Positions 38,447 to 48,692 of a stretch of DNA of 64,000 nt are shown one piece after another. Position 1 is the stretch's first letter. Each line of letters starts with the position of its first letter. This DNA comes from Candidatus Obscuribacteraceae bacterium (GTDB taxonomy: Bacteria; Cyanobacteriota; Vampirovibrionia; Obscuribacterales; Obscuribacteraceae), in contig JBGAHS010000005.1 of NCBI GenBank assembly GCA_044226015.1, positions 416,001 to 480,000 of the forward strand, in the 5' to 3' direction. The notes under the pieces were generated by a model that was not told the DNA's origin, made no database searches, and saw nothing but the letters and a program-made list of their open reading frames with translations. The translations under genes and the position numbers were made by a program.

Positions 38447-40297
38447 TTATCCGTTGTATTGTTCACGCACCAATTGCACGAGGTGTCGAGCAATTTTTTG
38501 GAATGCGGCTCTCAAATCCTTACTGTTTGTGACAAGGTGGAAAGTGGCTCCCTGTCCTGAAATCGCTGCAATACCTCCAGTTGAAGGGTTGCTGTTTGTA
38601 GCGTTCAAGATGTCAGTTTCTCCTGGAATAATTGCTGGGTTTGTTGCTAGGCCGATTGTATAAACGGGTATGCCATTGTTTTTTGCATACACAGCAGCTT
38701 GTCGAGCATTTGTCCATACATTGTTGCTGTAAGGACCACCAGATGTAGGCTGTCCATCTGTAAACAGAACTATCGCCTTCACCGCATTGATTCTGCCATT
38801 ATTCTTGATTTGATCCACCGCGGTTTTAATAGCAAGACCTATGTTGGTGCTTCCTTTTGCTACCAACGGACGACTGTTGATACCATCACCTAGCGCTTGC
38901 ACAACAAGGTCATATTGTGTCTGGTTCAAGCCCTTGTCCAGTGGAATAAGTGGCTGAGGAAAGGGCAGATTTTGACCGTAGCCGATGTTGTCATCGTACT
39001 GACGATGGTTTTCAGTCGTATTTTTGTCGGTTCCAACACCATCGTCGAAAGTGACTAATCCAAAGTGAGCGTCGGTGTCATTGTTGATAATCTGTGCGAA
39101 CAAAGCTGTTGCTTCTTTTGCGTCTTGGATAGGTTGTAAGCACTTGTAGGCTTGCTTAAGATAGGCAGCTTTGTACCCTGCTTTCGGCTGAACAGTTATG
39201 GTCGGTGAAGTTGATGCCTTACTTGCATCGAATAGAGCCTGTGAGTCGAGATTTCCTCTTGCTGCCTCTATCAGCGTATCTACATTCGGGAAAGAATAGC
39301 CATCGGAATCGGTGAAACCGTTAAAGTGCTTTTGACCATCAAGGTTTACAACCATGTCAGTAAATATCATCGGGTCGCCATCATAAGAAGGCGATCCGCT
39401 TGGATAGTTGCCTGGTGGTCTGCCATCTTCCGGCACAACGCCACCAGATCGCAGACCTTTACCACCACTTAAATAGGCCTCTGAAAAATGGAGTTTGGCA
39501 AAGTTAGCGCCCGTCTTACTGTCTTCGATTGCTGTTAAATTTTGGAGACCCAAGCCATTTAGCCCAGTTCCTGTTGCTGGGGCGTTCACCAAGTCAAAAA
39601 TGGTGCCTTCGCAATTCATGGTGTTCGTTGTCGGAATCTTGTATACGATTCTTCCTGGAACTCCTGGGTTGCTAGGTGCTGCTGGAAAGGCCGTATCGTA
39701 CTTGCGTTTCCTGATTGAAACTAAGGTCTGGTCATCGATCGATCCTGAAATGTCGAAACATACAACCACATCCAACTGTGGTACGGCACCGTTCGATGCC
39801 GCAACAACAGGTTGTTTTGTTATGCCAACAAACTTCCCGAAGGCTGGAACCATGCCGTAGAATGCCGTCAAGCGAACTACTTTGCCGTTAGGATCGCCCT
39901 CTGGCACAGGTTTAAGCGTGTTTGGATCGAGAAATTCTATGAAAATTTCGCCTTTGAATGCATCTGGATTCTCGTTAAGTGAACCGGCGAAACTTGAGTC
40001 GGTGAGCTTGTTTCCCAGCACAGAATTCTCTTTGAAAATCTTTAGCGCAACTTGTTTTGCGTGTCCCTGTGCAACAGCTGTGTCCTTATTGTCTTGGCTT
40101 GCCAGCGTCGCAACGGCTCCGAGTGCCGCTGCGTCAGCTGCGTTCTTGAGCTGCTGTGATGCGAGATTGGCGCGAGAAACTTCAAACGCAAACATTGCGA
40201 TGAGAGGTAGAACCACCAGACCCAGTACGGTGACCATCATGATGATGCCGGCACCGGACATGTTGCGTTGCTTCAAATTCAATTTCAAGGTCATCAT
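38447..40297 (-). CDS. TadG-like Flp pilus assembly protein with a vWA domain
   Basis: N-terminal TM helix, QLKNAADAAALGA Tad motif, DISGS MIDAS, GSTNIG, VLFTDG, PVYTIG. Confidence 0.85.
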   Translation of the reverse strand: MMTLKLNLKQRNMSGAGIIMMVTVLGLVVLPLIAMFAFEVSRANLASQQLKNAADAAALGAVATLASQDNKDTAVAQGHAKQVALKIFKENSVLGNKLTDSSFAGSLNENPDAFKGEIFIEFLDPNTLKPVPEGDPNGKVVRLTAFYGMVPAFGKFVGITKQPVVAASNGAVPQLDVVVCFDISGSIDDQTLVSIRKRKYDTAFPAAPSNPGVPGRIVYKIPTTNTMNCEGTIFDLVNAPATGTGLNGLGLQNLTAIEDSKTGANFAKLHFSEAYLSGGKGLRSGGVVPEDGRPPGNYPSGSPSYDGDPMIFTDMVVNLDGQKHFNGFTDSDGYSFPNVDTLIEAARGNLDSQALFDASKASTSPTITVQPKAGYKAAYLKQAYKCLQPIQDAKEATALFAQIINNDTDAHFGLVTFDDGVGTDKNTTENHRQYDDNIGYGQNLPFPQPLIPLDKGLNQTQYDLVVQALGDGINSRPLVAKGSTNIGLAIKTAVDQIKNNGRINAVKAIVLFTDGQPTSGGPYSNNVWTNARQAAVYAKNNGIPVYTIGLATNPAIIPGETDILNATNSNPSTGGIAAISGQGATFHLVTNSKDLRAAFQKIARHLVQLVREQYNG

Positions 40298-40831
40298 TTA
40301 GCGCATAAGCCCCTGTGAGTTTTCGAAGTAATTACGTTGGACTACGACCATTCTGTAAGGAGCAGAGATACCTGGAATGTTTGCAAAGAATGGAACGTTT
40401 ATTAGCGGGTCAACATCAGCAGTCAGTGTAACTTCAAGTTGGAAAGTGTTGTCAGCTGTATTTGGGGGGGAGGTGAGCTTACCCGACTGTTTAGTCTGAA
40501 CCTGAGTGTTGATGTTTGTAGTAACAATTTTTGTGGACGTTGAAATGAGGTGGATACCCTGCCACGGAGTTGAGCAGAGTTGTGCAGTGCTCTGAGCCAG
40601 GTCTTTCGCAGATGGCGCATCGGTGCTTCCCACTTCGTATGACCGTGCCTTCGAGGCCGTCAATGTAGCCTGGTTGCAAGCGCTGAATACAAGTGATGCT
40701 CTAATGCCCAGGGAGCAGTAATCTACCATCGGAAAAAACAGTGCCAGCAATATAAGTCCTATAACACCGGGAGCCTCAGCAAGGAAATTACCCTTCCTGT
40801 TTCGTGAATTAGTACGTATCAACATTTTCAT
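40298..40831 (-). CDS. TadE-like pseudopilin
   Basis: RNRKG/NFLAE prepilin motif followed by a TM helix; ATGA overlap with the upstream TPR gene. Confidence 0.75.
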   Translation of the reverse strand: MKMLIRTNSRNRKGNFLAEAPGVIGLILLALFFPMVDYCSLGIRASLVFSACNQATLTASKARSYEVGSTDAPSAKDLAQSTAQLCSTPWQGIHLISTSTKIVTTNINTQVQTKQSGKLTSPPNTADNTFQLEVTLTADVDPLINVPFFANIPGISAPYRMVVVQRNYFENSQGLMR

Positions 40832-41364
40832 GATCTGTTCGGACCTTTCTTTGGATTGACGAGTTCTGATTTTCGAGTTGCTGCCATTTTCGCCAACCAT
40901 TCCAAAGTCGATCTTGTGTCTTGATCGGGATTTTTGCTCAATGCATTGGTCGTAAGCTCTGTGAGTTCGTCAAATTTGCCTGCTGCCAGCAGTGCTTCAC
41001 CGGTTCTCAGAGTATATGTGGGTTTTGATGCATCGAGATTTGCTGCACGCTTTGTTGCTATTGCTGCCTCTGCAAACTTTCTTTGAGCCAAGAGCGCTTC
41101 ACCGTACAGGTAGTGTGCTTCTGCATCGGCTGGAAATTTGTCGGCGAGCTCTTCGAAGACTTTTGCAGCTTCGGGAATTTTATTTGCTTCTAGATAGGCT
41201 CGTCCCAGTTTCTTGCTTGATGCCGCGTCACCATTTTTAGCCTCTTGTTGCAGTTTCATGAATTGTGCGTCGCTGTCGCCAGCATAGGCCAATTGAGGTG
41301 CCACTGCACTCGCTGTGATGATGGCACACAGCAGAGTCAGGGTAACGAAGGTCCGTCCGGTCAT
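40828..41364 (-). CDS. exported TPR protein
   Basis: Signal peptide; AEAHYLYGEALLAQRKFAEA TPR repeats. Confidence 0.8.
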   Translation of the reverse strand: MTGRTFVTLTLLCAIITASAVAPQLAYAGDSDAQFMKLQQEAKNGDAASSKKLGRAYLEANKIPEAAKVFEELADKFPADAEAHYLYGEALLAQRKFAEAAIATKRAANLDASKPTYTLRTGEALLAAGKFDELTELTTNALSKNPDQDTRSTLEWLAKMAATRKSELVNPKKGPNRS

Positions 41365-41579
41365 ACAACTACCTCTCATGGGTGCACACCATCTCTCAGG
41401 TACTGGGGTCCCTATATAAGCAGATACCCAGTTGATCTTGGTTTACTAACATAATCTTGAAGGCAGCTTCAAGATTATCCATAGACTGGAGGAGTTTTGA
41501 AATTAGGGGTTTTCGGTCTATACTTTGCTTGTGACGGAAATTTTTTGTCGTCATTTAAGCATTAAGTTTTTGGGGAAGC

Positions 41580-42773
41580 ATGTCAAATACCGCAAAATCA
41601 GGAAAAGTCGGTGAGCTCTTGTTAGCAGCTGGTTTATTGACCAAGCAAGATTTGAAAGAGGGCATCGATTTGTCGGCAACGCTGGGTCTTCCCATTGGCA
41701 AAACGATGGTAATGTCAGGAGTTCTGCGCGAGAGAACTGTGAGGACTGCGGTTCGAATTCAATCGATGCTCAGGGACGGACTTATCGAGCGAGATACCGC
41801 AGTTAAAGCGCTTGCAAAGGCTGACAAAGAAGGTTTAAGTGTTGAAGAATCTCTCAAATCTTTAGGGCACGAGCCCATATCAGATTCTGATCTCAACAAA
41901 GTCGGACAGTTGCTTTTGGAAGCTAATGTCATTAGTCAAGCTGAACTAAACGAGGCCATCGATCACGCTCGTACGATGGGACTTCCACTTGGACGTGTTC
42001 TTGTTCTAACCGGTAGGGTCAAAGGCAGCGTTGTCTGGTGCTCACTAAACGCACAGATGATGGTTCGCAAGAAGAAACTCGGTCGCCAGAAGGCCGTTAA
42101 TGCCATCAAAGCTGTGCACGAAAAGCAAGAAAACTTCGAGGCGGCTTTGCGCGCTCAGGGCATCGAACACAGTATTTCTGAGCATCGAATGAAGTTAGGC
42201 GAAATACTTGTTCTCTCAGGACTTGTGGGTGAGGAAGATGTATTGGGCGGTGTTGAAGAAGGGGTAATCAAAGAAAGACCCCTTGGTCAAGTACTTGTCG
42301 CTCACGGTCTTTTGAGCAATGAAAGACTTGAGGATGCTTTGAAGTTGCAGGGCATGGCTGATAATAGTGTCGTTACGCCCCTTCAGGCTGTTGATTTGCT
42401 TCGAGCGATTCACAAACGAAATCAATCGCTAGAGCAAGCTTTGGACGACCTTGGCTTGAGTAAGCCCAGCTTGCCTGAGTCTCTCAAACTTGGCGAAATT
42501 TTGAAAATGTGCGGTTGGTTGACCGAGAGTGAAGTCAAAGAAGCAGTCGATCATGCTTCCAAGAATTCAAACATGTTAGGAAATATGCTTGTTTCCTTCG
42601 GTTTCATCGATGAGGCAATGCTTTTCAATGCACTTCGATGTCAGCATCTGGTCAAAGAAGGTTTGATCAGGCGCGACCAGGCAATCGTGGCTTTGCATTT
42701 GAGTCAAAGAAAGCAATGTACTCTGGATAACGCTCTGCTTGAACTTGGTTACACTAAACGCGACGCCAAATAG
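41580..42773 (+). CDS. stand-alone tandem MshEN-like (c-di-GMP-binding) repeat protein
   Basis: Eight xLGxxLxxxGxx motifs arranged in four pairs (KVGELLLAAGLL, PIGKTMVMSGVL, KVGQLLLEANVI, PLGRVLVLTGRV, KLGEILVLSGLV, PLGQVLVAHGLL, KLGEILKMCGWL, MLGNMLVSFGFI). Confidence 0.75.
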   Translation: MSNTAKSGKVGELLLAAGLLTKQDLKEGIDLSATLGLPIGKTMVMSGVLRERTVRTAVRIQSMLRDGLIERDTAVKALAKADKEGLSVEESLKSLGHEPISDSDLNKVGQLLLEANVISQAELNEAIDHARTMGLPLGRVLVLTGRVKGSVVWCSLNAQMMVRKKKLGRQKAVNAIKAVHEKQENFEAALRAQGIEHSISEHRMKLGEILVLSGLVGEEDVLGGVEEGVIKERPLGQVLVAHGLLSNERLEDALKLQGMADNSVVTPLQAVDLLRAIHKRNQSLEQALDDLGLSKPSLPESLKLGEILKMCGWLTESEVKEAVDHASKNSNMLGNMLVSFGFIDEAMLFNALRCQHLVKEGLIRRDQAIVALHLSQRKQCTLDNALLELGYTKRDAK

Positions 42774-42827
42774 CCAGCGCCAAAATTAATCTTGCTGATA
42801 AAGCCAAATCTATGATTTGATGTACTT

Positions 42828-43808
42828 GTGACGCTTTACATTGGGGGCTTTACGAGAACAGTTCGTTCCAATCTGACGTGGGTGCTGGCAGCGTCATTTT
42901 TTATGCTGTCCTCTTTTGACGTGGCTTTAGCGCTGGATTCGACCGCTAACCCAATTGCAGATGGACAGAAATGTTTGGAACAAGGTGATTCGGCTCGGGC
43001 ACTAGAACATTTCAACCTTGCCGCGAGAATGAACCCCGCTTCGGTCGAGGCACACTATGGACGGGCTTGCAGTCTTGCAAAGCTGGGAAGAACTGAAGAG
43101 TCAAATAAAGAATTCAAGCTCACACTTCTTTTGGGACCTTCTGAGGAACTTGCAAAAAAATGCAAGGAAAAAATGACTGTCGCTGAGCCTGCAAAGCGAC
43201 CGCCGATGCATGCTTTGACGCCACCAGCTACGGTGCAAGCCAAAGATGTTGAGTCAAGCATTGGCAAAATACTCTTTCAATCGGAAGAGCACATTAAAGC
43301 AATTCATCGCGATGCTGAAAAGTGTGCCAATGGAATTTATAATGCCCGAACTTCTTCGTTGAATAAAGCACTCGAGCAAGACAAAGCAGACGCTCAGGAA
43401 GAAGCCAGATTAATGCGAGGGCGCGGACGAAGAGGTGGGTTTAATCCCTTTGGAAATGCCTATCTGCAAGAACGGCAGCAGGAAATTCAGTTCGCCTATG
43501 AAAATCGAATGGCGCGTGCGAAAGCTGACTTTCAGCAACGTCGTAGTGAAGCCGAAACCAGAGCCATGGGCATAAAAGCCTCTGCTGAAGGGCTTGAAAG
43601 TCAGATGATTAACAAACCATCTGAAACCAGTGGAGTATATCTAGTTCCTGGAGGAACGAATCTTTATGTCCGCAACTATGGACATTTTGATCCGGTTTTG
43701 CCCGAGCCGCCAGAACCATTGCATGCGATTCCTCTCAAGTTGCCTCAGGTTCTTAAAATGCAGGAAGAGGCGAATAAGTCCAAAGAGTCAAAGAAGAAAT
43801 CACATTGA
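42828..43808 (+). CDS. exported TPR + coiled-coil protein
   Basis: Signal/TM segment; EAHYGRACSLAKLGRTEES TPR; C-terminal GTNLYVRNY. Confidence 0.75.
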   Translation: MTLYIGGFTRTVRSNLTWVLAASFFMLSSFDVALALDSTANPIADGQKCLEQGDSARALEHFNLAARMNPASVEAHYGRACSLAKLGRTEESNKEFKLTLLLGPSEELAKKCKEKMTVAEPAKRPPMHALTPPATVQAKDVESSIGKILFQSEEHIKAIHRDAEKCANGIYNARTSSLNKALEQDKADAQEEARLMRGRGRRGGFNPFGNAYLQERQQEIQFAYENRMARAKADFQQRRSEAETRAMGIKASAEGLESQMINKPSETSGVYLVPGGTNLYVRNYGHFDPVLPEPPEPLHAIPLKLPQVLKMQEEANKSKESKKKSH

Positions 43809-45463
43809 TTGGAAGAATGATGATTTCCAGAACTCAACTAATTACTAGTGCTGTATTATTTTATAGTCTGAGTTATATCTGTCCCTGCCTTGCTGGAACA
43901 GATTTGAACAATGCAATTGGTTTGATTAAGTCTGGGCAGTACCAGAAGGCAATTGAACTATTAGATAAGGGGGTAGATGATGACCCTACCAATGGTGAGC
44001 TTCATTATTGGCGTGGTAAATGTCTTAATGGGTTGGGCAAAAAGACCGATGCAATTTCCGAGTTCAAATTGGCGACTTTGCTAACAACTGATCTCAAGAC
44101 GAAAAATTTATGCAGGTCTGAGCTTACTAAATATAAGGTAGAGATTCCCCGTGGGTCAGTGAATGCGGGCATTTCTCCTAGCAAAAGCTTTCCAACAAGA
44201 CAAGTGGAAAATCAAAAATCAAAACCAGGCAATTCTGATCCAGATGAAGATAAGTACTTCAAGCTATCGAGCAAAAAGTTGGATTGGAATCTAAAAATGA
44301 ATCAGGACTTTGTTCGTTCAATGAGCGAGCGTACTCAAAATCTTGGCAAACTTGCTAGTGCAAGTTCGTGGCGCATGCCACCAAGAGCAATTGGTGGTAT
44401 TCCGAATTTAAGCGTCGATGGTGCGATTTCACGCGGCTCACCTCATCGGACAACTGCTCTCACTGCTGATGAAAGAAAGCTATTGTCTGGAAGCGATATT
44501 GTTATTCTTCTGGATCATTCCGGCTCTATGCAAACAATGGATTGCCCCTCGAATTCCGCAAATCTGGGAAGCAGGTTTACCTGGTGTGTTGAAGAATTAG
44601 TCAGTCTGACCAATGAGCTGGCTTCTTCCTTGCCACATGGTTTTACGATAATACCGTTTGAGAGTAAGCCAGAAGTCCATTTCGTTCGTTCATCAAATGA
44701 ATTATTGAGCGTGCTCAAGTCGCTGAGTGCGGGTGGCGGAACTGACCTTGCCGCCGCTCTAAAACAAGCATTTAAAGTGCATAGTAATCACATAACTCAA
44801 CCACTTCTCATAGCTGTGGTGTCAGATGCAGAAATTGATCTACATTCGTCTGAGCAGGCGATTGTGCAAGCGACAAGAAATTTTCCGTTACCCAATGGAG
44901 TATTTATCACTCTTTTGCAGATCGGTCACCTTGCGGAGATTCACACTTCAGATCAAGTTCACTACCTCGATAATATTGATAGACATGGTGCCGCTTACGA
45001 CGCGTTCAAGGGAATTCCATTCAGTCAGGTTCGTTCTGATGGTTTTGGCAAGGACCTATTGCTGGGACTTCGAGCCAATACATCAGCTGGCGCTGTAACA
45101 GGTAAATTTTCAACGCCTGTTTCGACTCCTAAAGCCGGTGGTTCTGTGCCACCATCAGCCAAAGCGTCCAACAACTCTAGCGCTACTGCAGGTGGTGCGC
45201 CAAGTTCGCTGCAAGAATCTTCTAAAAGAAGCGCAAACGAAGCAAATGCATCATCTCAGAGTGCTTCGCAAGCTCAGCCACAGGCAGGTTCGCAAGGAAC
45301 TGAGTCTGGCGGACCTTCAAGAAAAAATCTCGATTCGAATTCTAACGAGAACGATGGCGGCAACAAGGTCCAAAAGTCCAGCTCGCCCCCGCCCCAATCT
45401 TCAAAGTCATCAACTGTGTTGGACACACCACCTGTGATGTGGACTCCTGACTCCGCCAAATGA
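43805..45463 (+). CDS. TPR + vWA domain protein with a Ser/Pro-rich tail
   Basis: Signal-like N-terminus, TPRs, LLDHSGSM MIDAS, GGTDLAAAL, VVSDAE. Confidence 0.85.
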   Translation: MIGRMMISRTQLITSAVLFYSLSYICPCLAGTDLNNAIGLIKSGQYQKAIELLDKGVDDDPTNGELHYWRGKCLNGLGKKTDAISEFKLATLLTTDLKTKNLCRSELTKYKVEIPRGSVNAGISPSKSFPTRQVENQKSKPGNSDPDEDKYFKLSSKKLDWNLKMNQDFVRSMSERTQNLGKLASASSWRMPPRAIGGIPNLSVDGAISRGSPHRTTALTADERKLLSGSDIVILLDHSGSMQTMDCPSNSANLGSRFTWCVEELVSLTNELASSLPHGFTIIPFESKPEVHFVRSSNELLSVLKSLSAGGGTDLAAALKQAFKVHSNHITQPLLIAVVSDAEIDLHSSEQAIVQATRNFPLPNGVFITLLQIGHLAEIHTSDQVHYLDNIDRHGAAYDAFKGIPFSQVRSDGFGKDLLLGLRANTSAGAVTGKFSTPVSTPKAGGSVPPSAKASNNSSATAGGAPSSLQESSKRSANEANASSQSASQAQPQAGSQGTESGGPSRKNLDSNSNENDGGNKVQKSSSPPPQSSKSSTVLDTPPVMWTPDSAK

Positions 45464-45546
45464 CGGATGAATTTCAAGGAAGAAAATTTGCTAGCTCATG
45501 TGAGCGATTCAACTATAAGATGAATAGACTGCCAAAAACTAAATGC

Positions 45547-46623
45547 TTATTTTGATATCTCATCTAATGCGGTTTTCGCTGGTTTGTTCTCTGGTGCTTT
45601 CTCAAGAATTTTATTTAAGAGTGTCTTTGCTTCGGCCTTATGTCCCGTTTTGTCCAAGAATTTTGCGTAAGCACTTGCAACGCTCGGATCGTCACCTGAA
45701 TATTTCATGGCATTTTGATAAATTGTATCCGCTTCTTTATTCTTGCCTTGCATTGCGAGTAGTTCGGCTAGTCTGACGTGTGCAGGTCCAAACCCCGGAA
45801 AGAGTTTCAACGCTTTTTGCTGATTTGCGATGCCTTCATTGAGATTTTGTGTGGAAGCCCCCGCTCCAGAATAAGCCCAGCCCAGACCAGAAAGAGCACT
45901 GGCTTGAGTTATAGGGTTGCGGTACGCTTTAACTGAATTTGTCTCCATTGCTTTTTCAAAAGGCTCAACTGATGCTGCTTTGTCTCCGTAAGCGAGAAGA
46001 GCATTTCCGAGTGCTAGATGTGTTTCAGGATTTGAAATGTCGAGCTTTACCGCCGCCCGTCCCTGTGCAACTGCTTCTTTGTACCGATCTTCCTTTAGAA
46101 AGATGTTGGACATTCTAATGTGTGGTTCTACTTTTTCCGGTCTCAATTTAGCTGCTGCCTCAAACGATTTGAGCGCTTCTGTATTCTTGCCTGCAGACAT
46201 TTGCGCAATGCCCAGGTCTTTTTTTGATGTGTAACTGTTGGGATTGAGCGCACAAGCTTCTTCTAACATTTTAATTGAATCTGTATATTTCTTTTGATTC
46301 GCATAAATATGTCCGAGGATTTTTCTAGCCCCATAACATTTTGGGTCAAGCTTTATTGCCTGTTCTTCTTCAGCTATAGCTTCTGCGTAATTGTCATTTT
46401 CTGCAAGGCTTGCAAGTGCGGCGCCCAGCTCCATGTGTGCAGTTGCGTTATCTGGATGAGCTTGAATCAGATCGCGCATTAGTGTTGCAGCCTGTCGAGC
46501 TTTTCCCTTATTGAGCATCTCATCTGCTTTAGCAAGAATTGCGTTTTCATCATCGGAGGCAATTGAAACTTGTGTCGCGATTAGGAATGATCCGCACAAA
46601 ACGAATTTTGAAAACTGGCTCAT
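45547..46623 (-). CDS. exported multi-TPR protein
   Basis: Signal peptide and about 8 TPR repeats. Confidence 0.85.
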   Translation of the reverse strand: MSQFSKFVLCGSFLIATQVSIASDDENAILAKADEMLNKGKARQAATLMRDLIQAHPDNATAHMELGAALASLAENDNYAEAIAEEEQAIKLDPKCYGARKILGHIYANQKKYTDSIKMLEEACALNPNSYTSKKDLGIAQMSAGKNTEALKSFEAAAKLRPEKVEPHIRMSNIFLKEDRYKEAVAQGRAAVKLDISNPETHLALGNALLAYGDKAASVEPFEKAMETNSVKAYRNPITQASALSGLGWAYSGAGASTQNLNEGIANQQKALKLFPGFGPAHVRLAELLAMQGKNKEADTIYQNAMKYSGDDPSVASAYAKFLDKTGHKAEAKTLLNKILEKAPENKPAKTALDEISK

Positions 46624-46779
46624 ATCTTCCCTCGCTCACTACGCGCCAATTTTACTACATGAGCTAGCCTTCCTCAAAAGAGTGGTTCCTGATCTTTTTG
46701 CCTACAGAACAGTTGATGAAAAGTTCTATCAGGTTTTGCAAACCTTACCAGATTGATACTCTAGTAAAACAAACTTGGT

Positions 46780-47430
46780 ATGAAAATGACAGCTACAATC
46801 AAGAAACGCAGTTCCAAAATTGACCAGGCTGAAACCGGGCAAATTTCAACACTAACTAAGCTTGTTATTCGAAGCCTCATAACAGGTGTCTTTTTGCTGT
46901 TTTTCAGCTTGCTTTCCTATCTTGCATTTTGGGCTGTGCATTATCGGGAGGCAGCTTCTGCACCACAGCTAATTGATCTCCGGCGTTCGGGCGAAGAAGG
47001 GTGTAAGTGCGTAACTCTCTGTGCGAGTTTAGCTGATAACGAGTTAGGATTTCCTGGTCATGCCTATGTAATTTGGTCACCGAATGCTCGTGTCAATTTG
47101 GAAAATGATTTCTCTCTCGGCTACATGCCAGCAAATTATTGGGACCAATTTCATTCTCTCTACAAAAATGTGCAGGGAGCCGTATTGGAAAATGTTCGCG
47201 GCAATACCCGCAATCTTGATAGATTGACGCTTCTAGTTTCTAATTCTGATTATGAAGAATCCCTCGACTATGCCAGAAAATTCCCCAGTGCGAACTTCAA
47301 GACCGGTGAGCGCGATTGTGTCGCATTCGTGAACTACATGGCGCAAAAATTTCATCTGCGGACATACGATGCAGGCTTCATCTACCCACAAGACTACATT
47401 CGCATTTTGAAAAGTTTGAATCGATACTAA
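46780..47430 (+). CDS. hypothetical membrane-anchored protein (possible permuted papain-like fold)
   Basis: TM helix, then FPGHAYVIW ... ERDCVAFV: His-before-Cys order as in permuted NlpC/P60-type enzymes. Confidence 0.65.
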   Translation: MKMTATIKKRSSKIDQAETGQISTLTKLVIRSLITGVFLLFFSLLSYLAFWAVHYREAASAPQLIDLRRSGEEGCKCVTLCASLADNELGFPGHAYVIWSPNARVNLENDFSLGYMPANYWDQFHSLYKNVQGAVLENVRGNTRNLDRLTLLVSNSDYEESLDYARKFPSANFKTGERDCVAFVNYMAQKFHLRTYDAGFIYPQDYIRILKSLNRY

Positions 47431-47460
47431 ACTTGCGATCTTACTCGTTTGAATGCACCA

Positions 47461-48540
47461 TTACTGGTGGCGTTTGAGAGAGAAATCTCCAAGAACTGCA
47501 GACTGGTATGGCATTACTATCTTTTCAACAGAACTTGTATCTAGCATATAGGTTGGCAGTTCAAGAAGCTCTGGGAATACTCGATTATCGCGAACAGCAC
47601 CTTCAAGATATGAACTTGAATGACCGCCTGTTCCCGAGCGCTTTCCAATCATGCGTACTGCCATATTCAAATGGCGGAATCGCCAGATAGCCATGTACTC
47701 ATCAATGTCGATCAGTCGCATAATTACCTGGAAAGGAGCACGCAAAACAGGATATTCACGAAGCAAGGAAATGATTAATGCTGCCCTTCTAGAGAGCATT
47801 GAAAATTCATTTGGGTCACTCGTCTTCGTGTCGACGATGAAGTAATCGCTAAATTTTGCAGAAAGTGAGTCTTGATCTTGCTCGGGCAATGAATTCTTGT
47901 ACTCTGCCAAATAATCTCGCCACATTTCATTGTACTTTTGTTCATCAAAACCAAAGCTCTGTGCAAAGCGATTTAGCCATGCAATAACGCCATGTCGAAG
48001 GTTTGGCAAATCTTCGATTTCATCGATTGTTTTTCTATCTTCTTTGGAGAAGCCACCGGTCTCTGCGCCGACTTTCTTGTAGTAGTCGCTGCCTTTATCA
48101 ATCGCATCGGTTGACTTATGTCTGGCAGTAGGAGCCAATCCTAGCATTGCTTCGATCATTCTGAACTGTTTGCTCTGAAAGCCAGATGCAGGATTCAAAC
48201 TCTTTCGAAATTCTAAAAAGTCCATAGGCGTCATGGTTTCCAGAACATCGATTTGAGCAATCAAAACTTTCCAGATTTCAACAATGCGTGCCAGCCGTGA
48301 AGTGATGAGTACCATTTCGCCTGAATTGTCATCTATGATGCGAGGCTTCTTTGTCTTTTCGTCCACGAAATGGTAAACGACGCTTTTGAGTTCGAAAATT
48401 ATGTGACGAAACCATAGCTCATAGGCCTGGTGAATCGTCATGAACAGCTGCTCTTCGTGTTTATCGGTAGCAAGGTTACCGAGTGTCATGATTTTTTCTA
48501 CATCGAGATAGTCGTTGTAATAAGGCAGCTTGTTAGACAT
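47461..48540 (-). CDS. kynA: tryptophan 2,3-dioxygenase
   Basis: YNDYL, HEEQLFMTIHQAYELWF, LETMTPMDFLEFR, PASGFQS, WRFRH, RMIGKRSGTGG. Confidence 0.95.
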   Translation of the reverse strand: MSNKLPYYNDYLDVEKIMTLGNLATDKHEEQLFMTIHQAYELWFRHIIFELKSVVYHFVDEKTKKPRIIDDNSGEMVLITSRLARIVEIWKVLIAQIDVLETMTPMDFLEFRKSLNPASGFQSKQFRMIEAMLGLAPTARHKSTDAIDKGSDYYKKVGAETGGFSKEDRKTIDEIEDLPNLRHGVIAWLNRFAQSFGFDEQKYNEMWRDYLAEYKNSLPEQDQDSLSAKFSDYFIVDTKTSDPNEFSMLSRRAALIISLLREYPVLRAPFQVIMRLIDIDEYMAIWRFRHLNMAVRMIGKRSGTGGHSSSYLEGAVRDNRVFPELLELPTYMLDTSSVEKIVMPYQSAVLGDFSLKRHQ

Positions 48541-48603
48541 AAGACTTTCCGCTTTACTGGGGACAGAGCGCAAAGCATATCTCATTGACTTCTGTTTTAA
48601 AGC

Positions 48604-48631
48604 ACAAGAGCCCCGGGGGCGGGGCTCTTGT
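48604..48631 (-). terminator. intrinsic terminator hairpin downstream of the DUF1822-like gene
   Basis: ACAAGAGCCCCG-GGGG-CGGGGCTCTTGT, a perfect 12-bp stem followed by GCTTTT on the minus strand. Confidence 0.75.
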
Positions 48632-48692
48632 CGAGGCGAAGTAAATCCATTGCAGTTGCTACGCTTGTTCGGCGATGCTCAATCTAGGCGGT

